Positions 13,901-34,142 of a DNA stretch of 64,000 nt are shown here, in pieces. Positions within the stretch are counted from its first letter, which is position 1. Every line of letters starts with the position of its first letter. Location: positions 6,304,001 to 6,368,000 of the forward strand of contig CP068257.2 in the NCBI GenBank assembly GCA_009914755.4, written 5' to 3'. The notes below the pieces were generated by a model that had not been told where the DNA came from, did not search any database, and saw only the letters and a program-made list of their open reading frames with translations. The stretch comes from the human T2T-CHM13v2.0 reference genome, Homo sapiens. The translations under genes were made by a program, and so were the position numbers.

Positions 13901-16900
13901 TAGGATCTGCCTAAAAGGACTTTGTGACGTAACTCTGCACTGATCATCCAGGTGATGGGGCTTTTGTCTAGGCTCTGCTAAGGGGGAATTGTGACATATT
14001 TCTGCACTGACCACCCAGGTGACGGACTCTTGTCTTGGATCTTCCTATAGGGGCACTGTGACATATCTCTGCACTGATCACCCATGTGATGCAACTGTTG
14101 TATAAGCTCTGCCTACAGGGAACTGTGAGAGATCTCGCCACTGATCACCCAAGTGATGAAACTATTGTCTAGGTTTTGCCTACAGTGGGCTTGGTGACAT
14201 ACCTTTGCACTGATCACCCAGGTGATGGAACTCATCTAAGTTCTGCCTACAGGAGCTTTGTGACATATCTCTGCACTGATCACTTAGGTGATGTAACAGT
14301 TTTATAAACACTGCCTACAGGGAATTTTGACAAGTCTCTGCACTGATTACCTAGCTGTTGTAACTCTTTTTTACCCTCTGCCAAAAGGGGGCATTGTGAA
14401 ATATCACTGCACTGATCACCCAGGTGATGCAACTCTTCTCTATGCTCTGCCTACAGGGACATTGTGACATATCTCTGCACTGATCACCCAGGTGATGTAA
14501 CCCTTTTCTAGTCTCTGCCTACGGAGGGCGTTGTGACATCTCTCTGCACGTATCACCCGGGTTATGTAAGTCTTGTCTAGGCTCTGCCTAGAGGGGCATT
14601 GTGTCATATCTCTGCTCTGATCACACAGGTGATGTAATCCTTTTCTAGTCTCTGCCTACGGATTGCGTTGTGACATCACTCTGCACGGATCACCCGGGTT
14701 ATGTAACTGTTGTCTAGGATCTGCCTAGAGGGGCTTTGGGACATATCTCTGTACTGATCGCTGAGGTGATGTAAAACTTGTCTAGGCTTTGCCTACAGTG
14801 GTATTTATGACATATCTCTGCCCTGATCACCCAGGTGATGTAACTCTTGTCTAGGCTCTGCTTACACGGGGTATTGTGAGATATCTCCTCACTGATCACC
14901 CAGGCGATGTAACTCTTTTATAGCCTCTGCCTACAGGGGCATTTTAACATATCACTGCACTGATCAGCGAGATGATGTAAGTGTTGTATAGGCTTCGCCG
15001 ACGGGGTCATTGAGACATATCACTGCACTGGTCACCGAGGTGATGCAACACTTTTCTAGTCTCTGCCTACAGAGGGCGTTGTGACATCACTCTGCACGGA
15101 TCACCCAGCTGATGGGACTTTTGTCTAGGCTCTGCCTATGCGGGCATTGTGACATATCTCTGTACTGATCACCCAGGTGATGTAACTCTTGCGTTGTATC
15201 TGCCTATGGTGCCGTTGTGACATATTGCTTCACTGATCACCCAGGTGATGGGACTCTTGTCTAGGCTCTGTGTTTGGGGGTTTTGTGACATATCTCTGCA
15301 CTGATCACCCAGGTGATGTAACGCTTGACTAGGCTCTGCCTACGGGGCATAGTGACATATCACTGCATTGATCACCGAGGTGATGTAACTCTTGTCCAGG
15401 CTCTGCCTATAGGGGGCCTTGTGACATATCTCTGCAATGATCACCTAGGTGATGTAACTCTTGCTTACGCTCTGCCTGCAGGGGCATTGTGAAATATCTC
15501 TGCACTGACCACCCAGCTGACGGGACTGTTCTCTAGGCTCTGCCTACTGGGAGCATTGTCACATATTTCTGCACTGATCACCCAGGTGACGGACTCTTCC
15601 CTTGGATTTGCCTATGGGGGCATTGTGACATATCTCTGCACTGATCACCCAGGTGATGTAACTCTGCTCTTAGCTCTGCCTAAAGGGGAATTGTGACAGA
15701 TATCTGCACTGATCACTCAGGTGATGTAACTATTGTCTAGGCTCTGCTTAAAGGGGCCTTGTCACATATGTCTGCACGGATCACCCAGGTAATGCAACTC
15801 TTGTCTAAGTTCTGCTTAAAGGGGGTATTGTGACATAATTCTGCACTGATCACCTAAGTGATGTAACACTTGTATAGGCTCTGCCTAAAGGCGCATTTTG
15901 ACATATCTCTGCACTGTTAACCGAGGTGATGCTACACTTGTCTAGGCTGTGCCCACAGGGGGATTGAGACATATCTCTGCACTAATCCCGAGGTCATCCA
16001 ACTTTTGCCTGGTCTCTGCCTACTGGGGACATTGTGACGTATCTAGGCACTGATCTCCCAGGTGCTGTAACTTTAGTCTAGGCTCTCGCTACACAGCATC
16101 GTGACATATCACTGCACTGATCACCCAGGTAATATAACTCTCGTCTAGGCTCTGCCTACAGGGGGCTTGTGACATATCTCTGCACAGATCACCCAGGTGA
16201 TATAACTCTTCTATAGGATCTGCCTACAGGGTGCTTTGTGACATATCCCTGCAATGATCACCCAGGTGATATACTACTTGTCAAGGCTCAGCCTACAGGG
16301 GCATTGAGATGTATATCTGCACTGATCACCTAGGTCATGTAACTCTTCTCTAGGCTCTGCCTACAGTGGCATTGTGACATACCTCTGCACTGATCACCCA
16401 GGTGATGTAACTCTTTTCTAGGATCTGCCTACAGGGTGCTTTGTGACATATCCCTGCAATGATCACCCAGGTGATGTACCACTTCTCAAGGCTCTGCCTA
16501 CAGGGACACTGCAATGTATCTCTGCACTGATCACCAAGGTCATGTAACTCTTGTCTAGGCTCTGCCTACAGTGGCATTGTGACATATCTCTGCACTGATC
16601 ATCCAAGTGATGTAACCCTTGTCTAGGATCTGCCTAAAGGGACTTTGTGACATAAGTCTGCACTGATCATCCAGGTGATGGGGTTTTTGTCTAGGCTCTG
16701 CCTAAGGGGGCATTGTGACATATTTCTGCACTGATCACCCAGGTGATGGACTCTTGTCTTGGATCTGCCTATGGGGGTACTGTGACATATCTCTGCACTG
16801 ATCACCCAGGTGATGAAACTTTTGTATAAGCTCTGCCTACAGGGGAATTGTGAGAGATCTCGCCACTGATCACCCAAGTGATGTAACTATTGTATAGTCT

Positions 16901-19900
16901 TTGCCTACAGAGGGTTTTGTGACATACCTTTGCTCTGATCACCCAGGTGATGTAACTCATCTAAGTTCTACCTACAGGAGCTTTATGACGTATCTCTGCA
17001 CTGATCACTTATGTAACACTTTTATAAGCACTGCCTACAGGGAATTTTGACAAATCTCTGCACTGATCACATAGGTGATGTAACTCTTGTCTACCCTCTG
17101 CCCAAAGGGGGCATTGTGAAATATCTCTGCACTAATCACCCAGGTGATTCAACTCTTGTCTAGGATTTGCCTACAGGGGTTATTGTGAAATATCTCTGCA
17201 CTGATCATCTAGGTGATGTAACTCTTGTCTATGGTCTGCCTACAGGGGCGGTTTCACATATCCCTGAACTGATGACAAAGGTGATGTAACTCTTGCCTAG
17301 GCTTTGCCTAGAGGGGACATTGTGACATATCTCTGCACTGATCACCCAGGTGATGCAACTCTTCTCTATGCTCTGCCTACAGGGGACATTGTGATATATC
17401 ACTGCACTGATCACCCAGGTGATGCAACTCTTCTATATGCTCTGCCTTCAGGGGGCATTGTGACATAACTCTGCACTGATTACCCATGTGATGTAACTCT
17501 TTTCTAGTCTCTGCTACAGAGGGCGTTGTGACATCACTCTGCATGGGACACCCCGGTTATGTAACTCTTGTCTAGGCTCTGCCTATGGGGGCATTTTGAC
17601 ATATCTCTACACTGATAACCCAGGTGATGTAACTATTGTATAAGCTCTGCTTACAGGGGAATCGTGAGAGATCTCGCCACTGATCACCCAAGTGATGTAT
17701 CCATTGTCCAGGCTTTGCCTACAGGGGTCTTTGTGACATAGCTTTGCACTGATCACCCAGGTGATGTAACACATCTAAGTTCTGCCTACAGGAGCTTTTT
17801 GACATATATCTGCATTGATCACTTAGGTGATGTATCACTTTTATAAGCACTGCCTACAGGGAATTTTGACAAATCTCTGCACTGATCACCTAGGTGATGT
17901 AACTCTTGTCTACCCTCTGCCCAAGGGGACATTGTGAAATATCTCTGCACTGATCACCCAGGTGATTGAACTCTTGTCTAGGATCTGCCCACAGGGTGTA
18001 TTTTGAAATACCTCAGCACTGATCAACTAGGTGTTGTAACTCTTGTCTAGGCTCTGCCTACAGGGGCGTTTTCACATATCCCTGAACTGATGACAAAGGT
18101 GATGTAACTCTTGCTTAGGCTTTGCCTACAGGGGACATTGTGACATATATCGGCACTGATCACCCAGGTGATGCAACTCTGGCCTAGCGTTTGCCTACAG
18201 GGGACATTGTGACATACATCTGCACTGATCACCCAGGTGATGCAACTCTTCTCTATGCTCTGCTTACAGGGGACATTGTGACATATCTCTGCACTGATCA
18301 CCCATGTGATGCAACTCTTCTTTATGTTCTGTCTACAGGGGACATTGTGACATATCTCTGCACTGATCACCCAGGTGATGTGTTTTGTAGTCTCTGCCTA
18401 CAGAGGGCGTTGTGACATCATTCTCCACGGATCACCTGGATTATGTAACTCTTGTGTAGGCTCTTCCTATGGGGGCATTGTGACTTATCTCTGCACAGAT
18501 CACCCAGGAGATGTGACTCTTGTCTAAGCTCTGCCTAGAGGGACATTGGGACATATCTCTGCACTGATCGCTGAGGTGAGGTAAAATTGTCTAGGCTTTG
18601 CCTACACTGGGATTCATGACATATCACTGCACTGATCTCCCAGGTGATGTAACTCTTGTCTGGGCTCTGCTTACAGGGGTTATTGTGAGATATCTCTGCA
18701 CTGATCACCCAGGTGATGCAACTCTTGTCTAGGCTCTGCCTACAGCGGCATTTTAACATATCACTGCACTGATCACCGATAAGATGTAACTCTTGTATAG
18801 GCTTCGCCAACAGGGGGCATTGAGACATATCTCTGCAATGATCACCGAGGTGATGCAACTCTTGTTTGGGATCTGCCTACAGGGGGCATTGTGACATATC
18901 TCTGCCCTGATCACCCAGGTGATGTAACTCTTGTCTTGGCCTGCCTACTGGAGACATTGTGACATATCTCCGCACTGGTCACCCAGGTGATGTCATTTTT
19001 GTCAAAGATATGGCTACAGGGACATTGTGACATGTCACTGCACTGATCACACAGCTGATGTAACTCTTGTCTAGGCTCTGGCTACAGGGGGCTTGTGACA
19101 CTTCTCTGCACTGATCACCCAGGTGATGTAACCCTTGTCTAGGCTCTGCCAAAAGGGGGCATTGTGACATACCTCTGCACTGATCACCCAGGTGATGGGA
19201 CTGTTGTCTAGGCTCTGCCTACAGGGGCATTGTGACATATCTCTGCACTGATAACGCAGGTGATGTAACACTTGTCTATATCTGCCTACTGGCAGCATTG
19301 TGGCATATTTCTGCACTGATCACCCAGGTGATGGACTCTTGTCTTGGATCTGCCTATGGGGGCATAGTGACATATATATGCACTGATCACGCAGGTGATG
19401 TAACACTTGTCTATATTTGCCTACTGGCGGCATTTTGGCATATTTCTGCACTGATCACCAAGGTGATGGACTCTTGTCTTGGATCTGCCTATGGGGGCAT
19501 AGTGACATATATCTGCACTGATCACTCATGTAACGCTTGACTAAGCTGTGCCTAAAGGGGAATTGTGACAGATATCTTCACTGATCACCCAGGTGAAGTA
19601 ACAATTTTCTGGGATTTGTCTACAGGGGGCTTTGTGACATATCTTTGCACTGATCACCCAGGAGATGTAACTCTTGTCTAGGCTCGGCCTACATGGGCTT
19701 GTGACATATTTCTGCACTGATCACCCAGGAAATGTAACTCTTGTTCAGGCCCTGCCTACAGGGCTTTGTGACATATTTCTGTACTGATCACCCAGGTGAT
19801 GTTACTCTTGTCTAGTCTCCTCCTACCGGGGTTATTGTGACGTGTCTCTGCACTGTTCACCCAGGTGATGTAACTCTTGTCTAGGCTCCACCTACAGGGG

Positions 19901-21262
19901 GTATTGTGACGTATCTCTGCACTGATCACCCAGGTGATGTAACATTTATCTAGGCTCTGCCTACAGGGGCGTTTTGACATAGCTCTGCACAGATCACCTA
20001 GGTTATGTAACTCTTGTCCACTCTCTGCCTACAGGGGGCAGTGTGAAATATCTCTGCACTGATCACCCAGGTGATGGGACCCTTCTCTATACTCTGCCTG
20101 GAGGGGATTTGTGATATATCTCTGCACTGATCACCCAGGTGATGGAAGTCTTGTCTAGGCTCTGTCTACAGGGATTTTTGTGACATATCACTGCACTTAT
20201 AACCTAGGTGACGTAAGCCTTGTATGGGCTTTGCCTACAGAAGGCTTTGTGACATATCTATGCACTGATCTCTGAGGTGAGGCAACTCTTGTCTAGGCAT
20301 TGCCTACAGGGGACATTGGTACATATCTCTGCTCGGATCACCCAGGTGATGGACTCTTATCTTCGATCTGCCTACATGGACATTGTGACACATCTTTGTA
20401 CTGATTATCCATGTGATGAAACTCTTGTCTAGGCTCTGCCTACAGGGGCTTTGTGACACACCCCTGCACTGATCACCCTGTGGAGGGAACTCTTGTCTAC
20501 TGTCTGCCTACAGGAGGCTTTATGGCTTATACCTACACTGATAACCTAGGTGATGTAACAGTTGTCTAGGCTCTGACTACATGGGAATTCTCACATATCT
20601 CTGCACTGATCACCCGGGTGATGGAACTGCTGTATAGTTTCAGCCTACAGGAGCGTTTTGACATATCTCTGCACTGATCACCCAGGTGATGTAACCCTTG
20701 TTTAAGCTCTATCTACAGGGGCATTGTGACAGATCTCTCCACTGCTCACCCAGGTGATGTAACACTTGTCTGGGCTTGGCCTACAGGGAGCATTGTGATG
20801 TACATTGCCACTGATCAAACAGGTGATGTAACCCTTAAGGTTCTGCTTACAGGGGCTTTGTGACATATCTCTACACTGATCACCCCAGGGAGGAAACAAT
20901 TGTCTACACTCTACCTACAGGAGGCTTTACGACTTATCCCTGCACTGATCACTAGGTGATGTAACACTTGTCTTGGCTCTGTCTACACGGGAATTTTCAC
21001 ATATCTCTACACTGATCACCTAAGTGATTTAACCCTTGTCTAGGTTCAGCCTACTGGGGATTTCTGACATACCTATGCACTGATCACCGAGGTGATGTAA
21101 ATCTTTTCCAGGCTTTTTGTACAGGGGACATTGTGATATATCTCTGCACTGATCACCCAAATGATGCAAATCTTCTCTAGGTTCCACAGGGAGGGGGCAT
21201 TGTGACATATTTCTGAACTGATCATCCAGGAGATGTAACTATTCTCCAGGCTTTGACTAAAG
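1950..21262. repeat. Beta-satellite (68-bp Sau3A family) tandem array, block 1, about 19.3 kb and about 283 monomers
   Basis: The period measures 68-69 bp (for example monomer starts at 2091, 2160 and 2229). The monomer reverse complement matches the published beta-satellite consensus GATCAGTGCAGAGATATGTCACAATGCCCCTGTAGGCAGAGCCTAGACAAGAGTTACATCACCTGGGT. A GATC site is present in almost every monomer. Confidence 0.93.
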
Positions 21263-21966
21263 AGCGTCGGAATGTGCTGGGAGAGCCTCAGTCGGAATTT
21301 CATGGATGGACAAGGGCACAGAGAGGCCAGCGAGTTCCCTTGCATGTCAGCCAGGGTGCGCAATGAGCGCAGGTCTAGCCAGGAGGCTGGAAAAGAGAGC
21401 TAGAAGTCTGCGTTCCACAACCAGGCACTCCATGGTGGTAGCTGGCAGGCTGCAGGGTCACGGGCGTGCTGGCGACGGTGGCGGGGAGGCGCAGAGGGGG
21501 CGAGCCGCCAGAGGGGTGTCAGGCCTGGACGCAGCTCAGGCCCGGTGTTTCGCGGGATGGGTGTATCCACTCAGCCCAGGGGAGGACGCATTTTCCAGGG
21601 GAAGGCGGTGGGGGTGGGGAGGGGGTGGTCAGGCGTGGTTGTGGTGGTGGAAAGGCATGAGAGCTCTGCCCGGGCTGCTCCCACAGCCCAGGCGGCTGCC
21701 CGCAAAACCGCATGTGCGCAGTAGGCGGCCCACCTGCTGGTACCTGGGCCAGCTCTGGTATCCCCAGGATGCCCAGGAAAGAATGGCAGTTCTCCGCTTT
21801 GTGGAGTCTCTCACCGGGCCTAGACCTAGAAGGCAGGAATCCCAGGCCGGTCTGCCTGGTGGAATGGGCGTGGTGAAGACACGCCCCTCCATAGCCAGCC
21901 AGGTGTTCCCTGCAAAAGAGAGGCCACCGCCCCGCCCCGACGCGACCCCGTTCCAACCCCGTGTCC
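21263..21966. other. D4Z4-like GC-rich region 3' of the DUX4-like ORF (CpG-rich). It contains a diverged internal paralog of the DUX4 5' coding segment at 21262-21380
   Basis: 21280-21380 (cggaatttcatggatggacaagggcacagagaggccagcgagttcccttgcatgtcagcc) is about 75% identical to 23250-23330 and 1170-1250 (ccagaatttcatggacggacacgggcagagagaggccggcgggttcccgtgcacctcagcc). The GC and CpG content is very high. Confidence 0.55.
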
Positions 21967-23625
<1,659 letters not shown>

Positions 23626-26600
23626 CAACTCTTCCCTAGGATCTGCCTACAGGGGCGTTTTCACATATCCCTAAACTGATGAAAAAGGTGATGTAACTCG
23701 TACCTAGGCTTTGCTTACAGGGGACATTGTGACATATCTCTGCATTGATCTCCCAGGTGATGCAACTCTTCTCTGTGCTCTGCCTACAGGGTACACTGTG
23801 ACATATCTCTGCACTGATCACCCAGGTGATGTAAATCTTTTCTAGTCTCTGCCTACAGAGGGCGTTGTGACATCACTCTGCACGGATCACCCGGGTTATG
23901 TAACTCTTGTCTAGGCTCTGCCTATGGGGGCATTGTGACATCTCTGCACTGATTACCCAGGAGAGGTGACACTTGTCTAAGCTCTGCCTAGAGGGACATT
24001 GGGACATATCTCTGCACTGATCACTGAGGTGATGTAAAACTTGTCTAGGCTTTGCCTACAGTGGGATTTATGAAATATCTCTGCACTGATCACCCAGGTG
24101 ATGTAACTCTTGTCTAGGCTCTACTTACCGGGCGTATTGTAAGATATCTCTGCACTGAAAACCCAGGAGATGAAACTCTTGTCTAGTCTCTGCCTATGGG
24201 GGCAATTTAACAAATCACTGCACTGATCACCGAGATGATGTAACTCTTGTATAGGCTTTGCCAACAGGGGGCATTGAGATATATCTCTGCACTGATCACC
24301 GAGGTGATGCAACTCTTGTCTGGGATCTGCTTACAGTGGACATTGTGACATATCTCTGCCCTGATCACCCAGGTGATGTAACTCTTGTCTAGGCTCTGCC
24401 TATTCGAGACATTGTGACATATCTCCGCACTGATCACCCAGGTGATGTCACTTTTGTAAAGATACGGCTAGAGGGATATTGTGATATGTCACTGCACTGA
24501 TCACACAGCTGATGTAACCCTTGTCTAGGCTCTGGCTACAGGGGGCTTGTGACACATCTCTGCACTTATCACCCAGGTGATGTAACCCTTCTCTAGGCTC
24601 TGCCAAAAGGGGGCATTGTGACATACATCTGCACTGATCATCCAGGTGACGGGACTCTTGTCTACGCTCTGCCTGTAGGGGCATTGTGACATATCTCTGC
24701 AGTGATCACGCAGGTGATGTAACTATTGTCTATATCTGCCTACTGGCAGCATTGTGGCATACTTCTGCACTGATCACCCAGGTGATGGACTCCTGTCTTG
24801 GATCTGCCTATGGGGGCATAGTGACATATCTCTGCACTGATCACCGAGGTGATGCAACTCTTGTCTTGGCTCTCCTTCCAGGGGGCATTGTGACATATCT
24901 CTGCCCTGATCACCCAGGTGATGTAACTCATTTCTAGGTTCCGTCTACAGGGGCTTTTTGACATATCTCTGAAGTGATCACCGAGGTGATGTAACTCTTG
25001 TCTAGGCATTGCTTACAGTGTGCATTGCAACATATCTCTGCACTGATCACTCAGGCGATGCAACTCTTCTCTAGGCTCTGCCTACAGTGTGCATTGTGAC
25101 ATATCTCTGCACTGATCTCCCCGATAATGTAACCTTTGCCTAGGCTCTGGCCACACGGCATTGTGACATATCACTGCACTGATCACCCATGTGATATAAC
25201 TCTTGTCTAGGCTCTGCCTACAGTGGCATTATGACATATCTCTGCACTGATCACCCAGGTGATATAACTCTTGTCTAGGATCTGCGTAAATAGACTTTGT
25301 GACATAAACCTGCACTGATCATCCAGGTGATGGGGCTTTTGTCTAGGCTCTGCCCACGAGGGCATTCTGACGTATTTCTGTACTGAACACCCAGGTGACG
25401 GACTCTTGTCTTGCATCTGCTTATGGGGGCATTGTGACATATCTCTGCACTGATCACCCAGGTGATGTAACTGTTGTATAAGCTCTTCCTACAGGGGAAT
25501 TGTGAGAGATGTCTTTACTGATCCCCCAAGTAATGTAACTATTGTCTAGGCTTTGCCTACAGGGGGCTTTGTGACATAACTTTGCACTGATCACCCAGGT
25601 GATGTAACTCATTTAAGCTCTGCCTACAGGGGCTTTGGGACATATCTCTGCACTTATCACTCCTGGTGAGAGAATTCTTGGCTAGGCTCTGCCTACAGGG
25701 AGCTTTGTGACATATATCTCTGCACTGATCACCTAGGTGATGTAACACTTTTATAAGCTCTGTCTACAGGGAATTTTGACAAACCTCTGCACTGATCACC
25801 TAGGTGATTTAACACTTCTCTACCCTCTGCCTACAGGAGGCAATGTGAAAAATCTCTGCACTGATCACCCAGGTGATGCAAGTCTTCTCTAAGATCTGTC
25901 TACAGTGGGTATTCTGAAATATCTCAGCACTGATCACCTAGGTGATGTAACTTTTTTCTACCCTCTGCCTACAGGGGACAATGTGAAAAATCTCTGCACT
26001 GATCACCCAGGTGATGCAAGTCTTGTCTAGGATCTGCCTAAAGGGGCATTTTAATATATCTCTGAACTGATGGCAAAGATGATGTAACTCTTGCCTAGGC
26101 TCTGCCTACAGGGGACATTGTGACATATCTCTGCACTGATCACCCAGGTGATGTAACTCTTGTCTAGGCTCTGCCTACAGGGGCATTTTAACACATCACT
26201 GCACTGATCACCGAGGTGATGCAACTCTTGTCTGGGATCTGCCCACAGAGGGCATTGTGACATATCTCTGACGTGATCACCCAGGTGATGTTACTCTTGT
26301 CTAGGCTCTGCCTAATGGAGACATTGTGATAGACATTGTGACTTATCTCTGCACTGATCACCCAGCTGATGTAACTCTTGTCTAGGCTCTGGCCACAGGG
26401 ACATAGTGACATATCTCTGCACTGATCTCTCAGGTGAGGTAACTCTTGTGTAGTCTCTGCCTACAGAGGGCTTTGTGACATCACTCTGCAATGATCACCC
26501 AGGTGATGTAACCCTTGTCTAGGCTCTGCCTACATGGACATTGTGACATGTCTCTGCACTGATCACCCAGGTGATGTAAATTTTGTCTGGGCTCTGCCCA

Positions 26601-29600
26601 CAGGTGCATTTTGACATATCTCTGCACTGGTCATGGAGATGATGTAACTCTTGTCTGGGCTTTGCTGACAGGAGGCATTGAGATATATCTCTGCACTGAT
26701 CACCGAGATGATGCAACTCTAGTCTGGGCTCTGCCTACAGGGGGATTGTGACATATCTCTGCACTGATCACCCAGGTGATGTAACTCTTGTCTAGGCTCT
26801 GCCTCAAGGGGGTATTGTGACATATCACTACACTGATCACACAGGTGATGTAACTCTTCTCTAGGCTCTGCCTACAAGGTGCTTTGTGACATCACTCTGT
26901 ATTGATCATCCCGGTGATGTAACTTTTGTCTAGGCTCTGCCTACAGGGACTTCGTGACATATCTCTGCACTGATCACCCAGGTGATGGGACTTTTGTCTA
27001 GGCTCTGCCTATGGGGGCATTGTGACATATCTCTACACTGATCACCCAGGTGATGTAACTCTTGTGTTGGGTCTGCCTATGGGGGCATTGTGACATATTT
27101 CTGCACTGATCACCCTGGTGATTGGACTCTTGCTTACGCTCTGCCTGCAGCGGCATTGTGAAATTTCTCTTTACTGATCAACCAGGTGATGTAACCCTTG
27201 TCTAGGATCTGCCTACAGGGTGCTTTGTGGCATAGCCCTGCAATGGTCACCCAGGTGATATACCACTTGTCAATGCTCTGCCTACACGGGCATTGTGATG
27301 TATCTCTGCACTGATCACCTAGGTCATGTAACTATTGTCTAGGCTCTGCTTACAGGGGGTATTTTGGCATATCTCTGCACTGATCACCTAAGTGATGTAA
27401 CACTTGAGTAGGTTCTGCCTACAGTGACATTTTGACATACCTCTTCCCTGATAAGCAAGGTGATTTAACTCTTGTCTCCGCTTTTCCCACAGAGGGATTG
27501 AGACTTATCTCTGCACTGATCCCGAGGTGATCCAAATCTTTTCTAGGCTCTGCCTACTGGGGACATTGTGACATATCTCTGTACTGATCTCCCAGGTGAT
27601 GAAACTTTTGTCTAGGCTCTGGCTACACAGCATTGTGACATATCACTGCACTTATCACCCAGGTGATATAACTCTTGTCTAGGCTCTGCCTGCAGTGGGC
27701 TTGTGACATATCTCTGCACTGCTCACCCAGGTGATGTAACTCTTGTCTAGGATCTGCCTACAGGGTGCTTTGTGACATATCCCTGCAATGATCACCCAGG
27801 TGATGTACCGCCTGTCAAGGCTCTGCCTACAGAGGCATTGTGATGTATCTCTGCACTGATCACCTAGGTCATGTAACTCTTTTCTAGACTCTGCCTACAC
27901 TGGCATTGTGTCATATCCCTGCACTGATCACCCAGGTTATGTAACTGTTGTCTAGGATCTGCCTACAGGGTGCTTTGTGACATATGCCTGCAATTATCAC
28001 CCAGGTGATGTACCACTTGTCAAGGCTCTGCCTACAGGGGGATTGTGATGTATCTCTGCACTGATCACCTGGGTCATGTAACTCTTGCCTAGGCTCTGCC
28101 TACAGTGGCATTGTGACATATCTCTGCACTGATCACCCAACTGATGTAACTGTTGTCTAGGATCTGCCTAAAGGGTCTTTGTGACATAACTCTGCCCTCA
28201 TCATCCAGGTGATGGGGCTTTTGTCTAGGCTCTGCCTACAGGGGCATTGTGACGTATTTCTGCTCTGTTCACCCAGGTGACAGACTATTGTCTTGCATCT
28301 GCCTATGGGGGCATTATGACATAGCTCTGCACTGATCACCGAGGAGATGTAACTGTTGTATAAGCTCTGCCTACTTGTGAGTTGTGAGAGATCTCTCCAC
28401 TGATCACCCAAGTGATTTAACTATTGTCTTGGCTTTTCCTGCAGTGGGCTTTGTGACATATCTGTGCACTGATCACCCAGGTGATGTAAGTCATCTAAGC
28501 TCTGCCTACAGGGGCCTTGTGACTTATCTCTGACCTGATCACTCCCGGCGTGGGAATTCTTGTCTAGGCTCTGCCTACAGGGGGCTTTGTGACACATCTC
28601 TGCACTGATCACCTAGGCAATGTAATAGTTTTATAAGCTCTGCCTACAGGGAATTTTCACAAATCTCTGCACTGATCACCTAGATGATGTACCTCTTGTC
28701 TACCCTCTGCCTACAGGGGGCATTTTGATATAGCTCTGCACTGATCACCCAGGTGATGCAACTCTTCTCTAGGATCTGCCTAAAGGGGGTATTGTGAAAC
28801 ATCTCTGCACTGATCAACTAGGTGATGTAACTCTTGTCTAGGCTCTGCCTACAGGGGCGTTTTGACATATCTCTGAACTGATGACAAATGTGATGTAAGT
28901 CTTGCCTAGGCTTTGACTACAGGGGACATCCTGACATATCTCTGCACTGATCACCCAGGTGATGCAACTATTCTCTAGGCTCTGCCTACAGGGGACTTTG
29001 TGACATATCTCTGCAATGATCAACTAGGTGATGTAACTGTTGTCCAGGCTCTGCCTATGGGGGCATTGTGACGTATCTCTGCACTGATCAATCCGGAGAT
29101 GTGACACTTTTCTAAGCTCTGCCTACAGGGGCATTGGGAGACATCTCTGCACTGATCACTGAGGTTATTTAAAACTTGTCTAGGCTTTGCCTACAGTAGG
29201 ATTTTTGACGTATCTCTGCACTGATCACCCAGTTGATGTAACTCTTGTCTAGACTTTGCCTACAGGGGGTATTTTGAGATATCTCTGCACTGATCACCGA
29301 GGTGAAGTAACTCATGTCTAGGCTCTGCCTACTGGAGACATGGTGACATATCTCTGCATTGATCACCCAGATGATGTAACTCTTGTCTAGGCTGTGGCCA
29401 CAGGGACATAGTGACATATATCTGTGCTGATCACTTATGTGATGTAACTCTTGACTAATCTTTGCCTACAGAGGGCGTTGTGACATATCTCTGCACTGAT
29501 CTCTCAGGTGAGGTAACTCTTGTCTAGTCTCTACCTACAGAGGTCGTTGTGAAATCACTCTGCAATGATCACCCAGGTGATGTAGCACTTGTCTAGGCTC

Positions 29601-30840
29601 TGCCTACATGGACATTGTGACATGTCTCAGCACTGATCACCCAGGTGATGTAAATTTTGTCTAGGCTCTGCTCACAGGAGCATTTTGACATATCTCTGCA
29701 CTGATCACTGAGATGATGTAACTCTTCTCTGGGCTTTGCCTACAGGAGGCATTGAGACATACCTCTGCACTGATCACCGAGGTGATGCAACTCTTGTCTG
29801 GGCTCTGCCTGCAGGGGGCATTGTGACATATCTCTGCCCTGATCACCCAGGTGATGTAACTCTTGTCTGGGCTCTGCCTACATGGGGTATTGTGACATAT
29901 CTCTGCACTGATCTCCTAGGTGATGTAACTCTTTTGTAGGGTCTGCCTACAGGTTCGTTTTGATATGTCTCTGAAGTGATCACAGAGGTGATGTAACTCT
30001 TTTCTAGGCTATGCCAACAGAGGGTATTGTAACATATCTCTGCAATGATCACACAGGTGATTTAACCCTTTTCTAGCCTCTGTCTACAGGGAAATTGTGA
30101 CATATCACTGCACTGATCACCCAGGTGATGTAACTCTTCTCTAGTCTGTACTTTCAGGGGGCTTTGTGGCATACCTCTGCACTGATCTACTAGGTGATGT
30201 AATTCTTTTCTAGGCTTTTCCCAGAGGGGGCATTGTTACATTTCTCTGCACTGATCACCCAGGTAATGCAACTCTTTTCTACGCTCTACCTACAATGGCA
30301 TTGTGACATGTCACTACACTGATCACACAGGTGATGGGACTCTTGTCTACGCTCTGCCTACAGGGGTCTTTGTGACATATCTCTGCACTGATCACTCAGG
30401 TGATGGAACTATTTTCTATACTCTGCCTAGAGGTGGATTCATGACATATCTCTGCACTGATAACCTAGGTGATGGAATTCTTGTCTAGCCTCTGTCTATG
30501 GGGTCATTGTGTCAAACATCTGCACTGATCACTCAGGTGATGTAACTCTTGTCTAGGCTCTGTCTACAGGGATTTTTGTGACATATCACTGCACTGATCA
30601 CCTAGATGATGTAACTCTTGTCTAGGCTCTGCCTACAGAGGAATTTTGACCTATCACTGCACTGATTACCCAGGTGATGTAACTTTTGTCTAGGCTCTGC
30701 CTATAGGGGGAATACTGACATATCTCTGCACTGATCACTCAGGTGATGTAACTATTGTCTAGGCTCTGCTTAAAGGGGCCTTGTCACATACCTCTACACT
30801 GATCACCCAGGTGATGTAACTCTTGTCTAGGCTCTGCTTA
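23626..30840. repeat. Beta-satellite (68-bp Sau3A family) tandem array, block 2, about 7.2 kb, same orientation as block 1
   Basis: Same monomer and period as block 1. It ends abruptly at 30840 (…ctaggctctgcttacc|aatctgctcctg) at the L1 junction. Confidence 0.93.
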
Positions 30841-34142
<3,302 letters not shown>

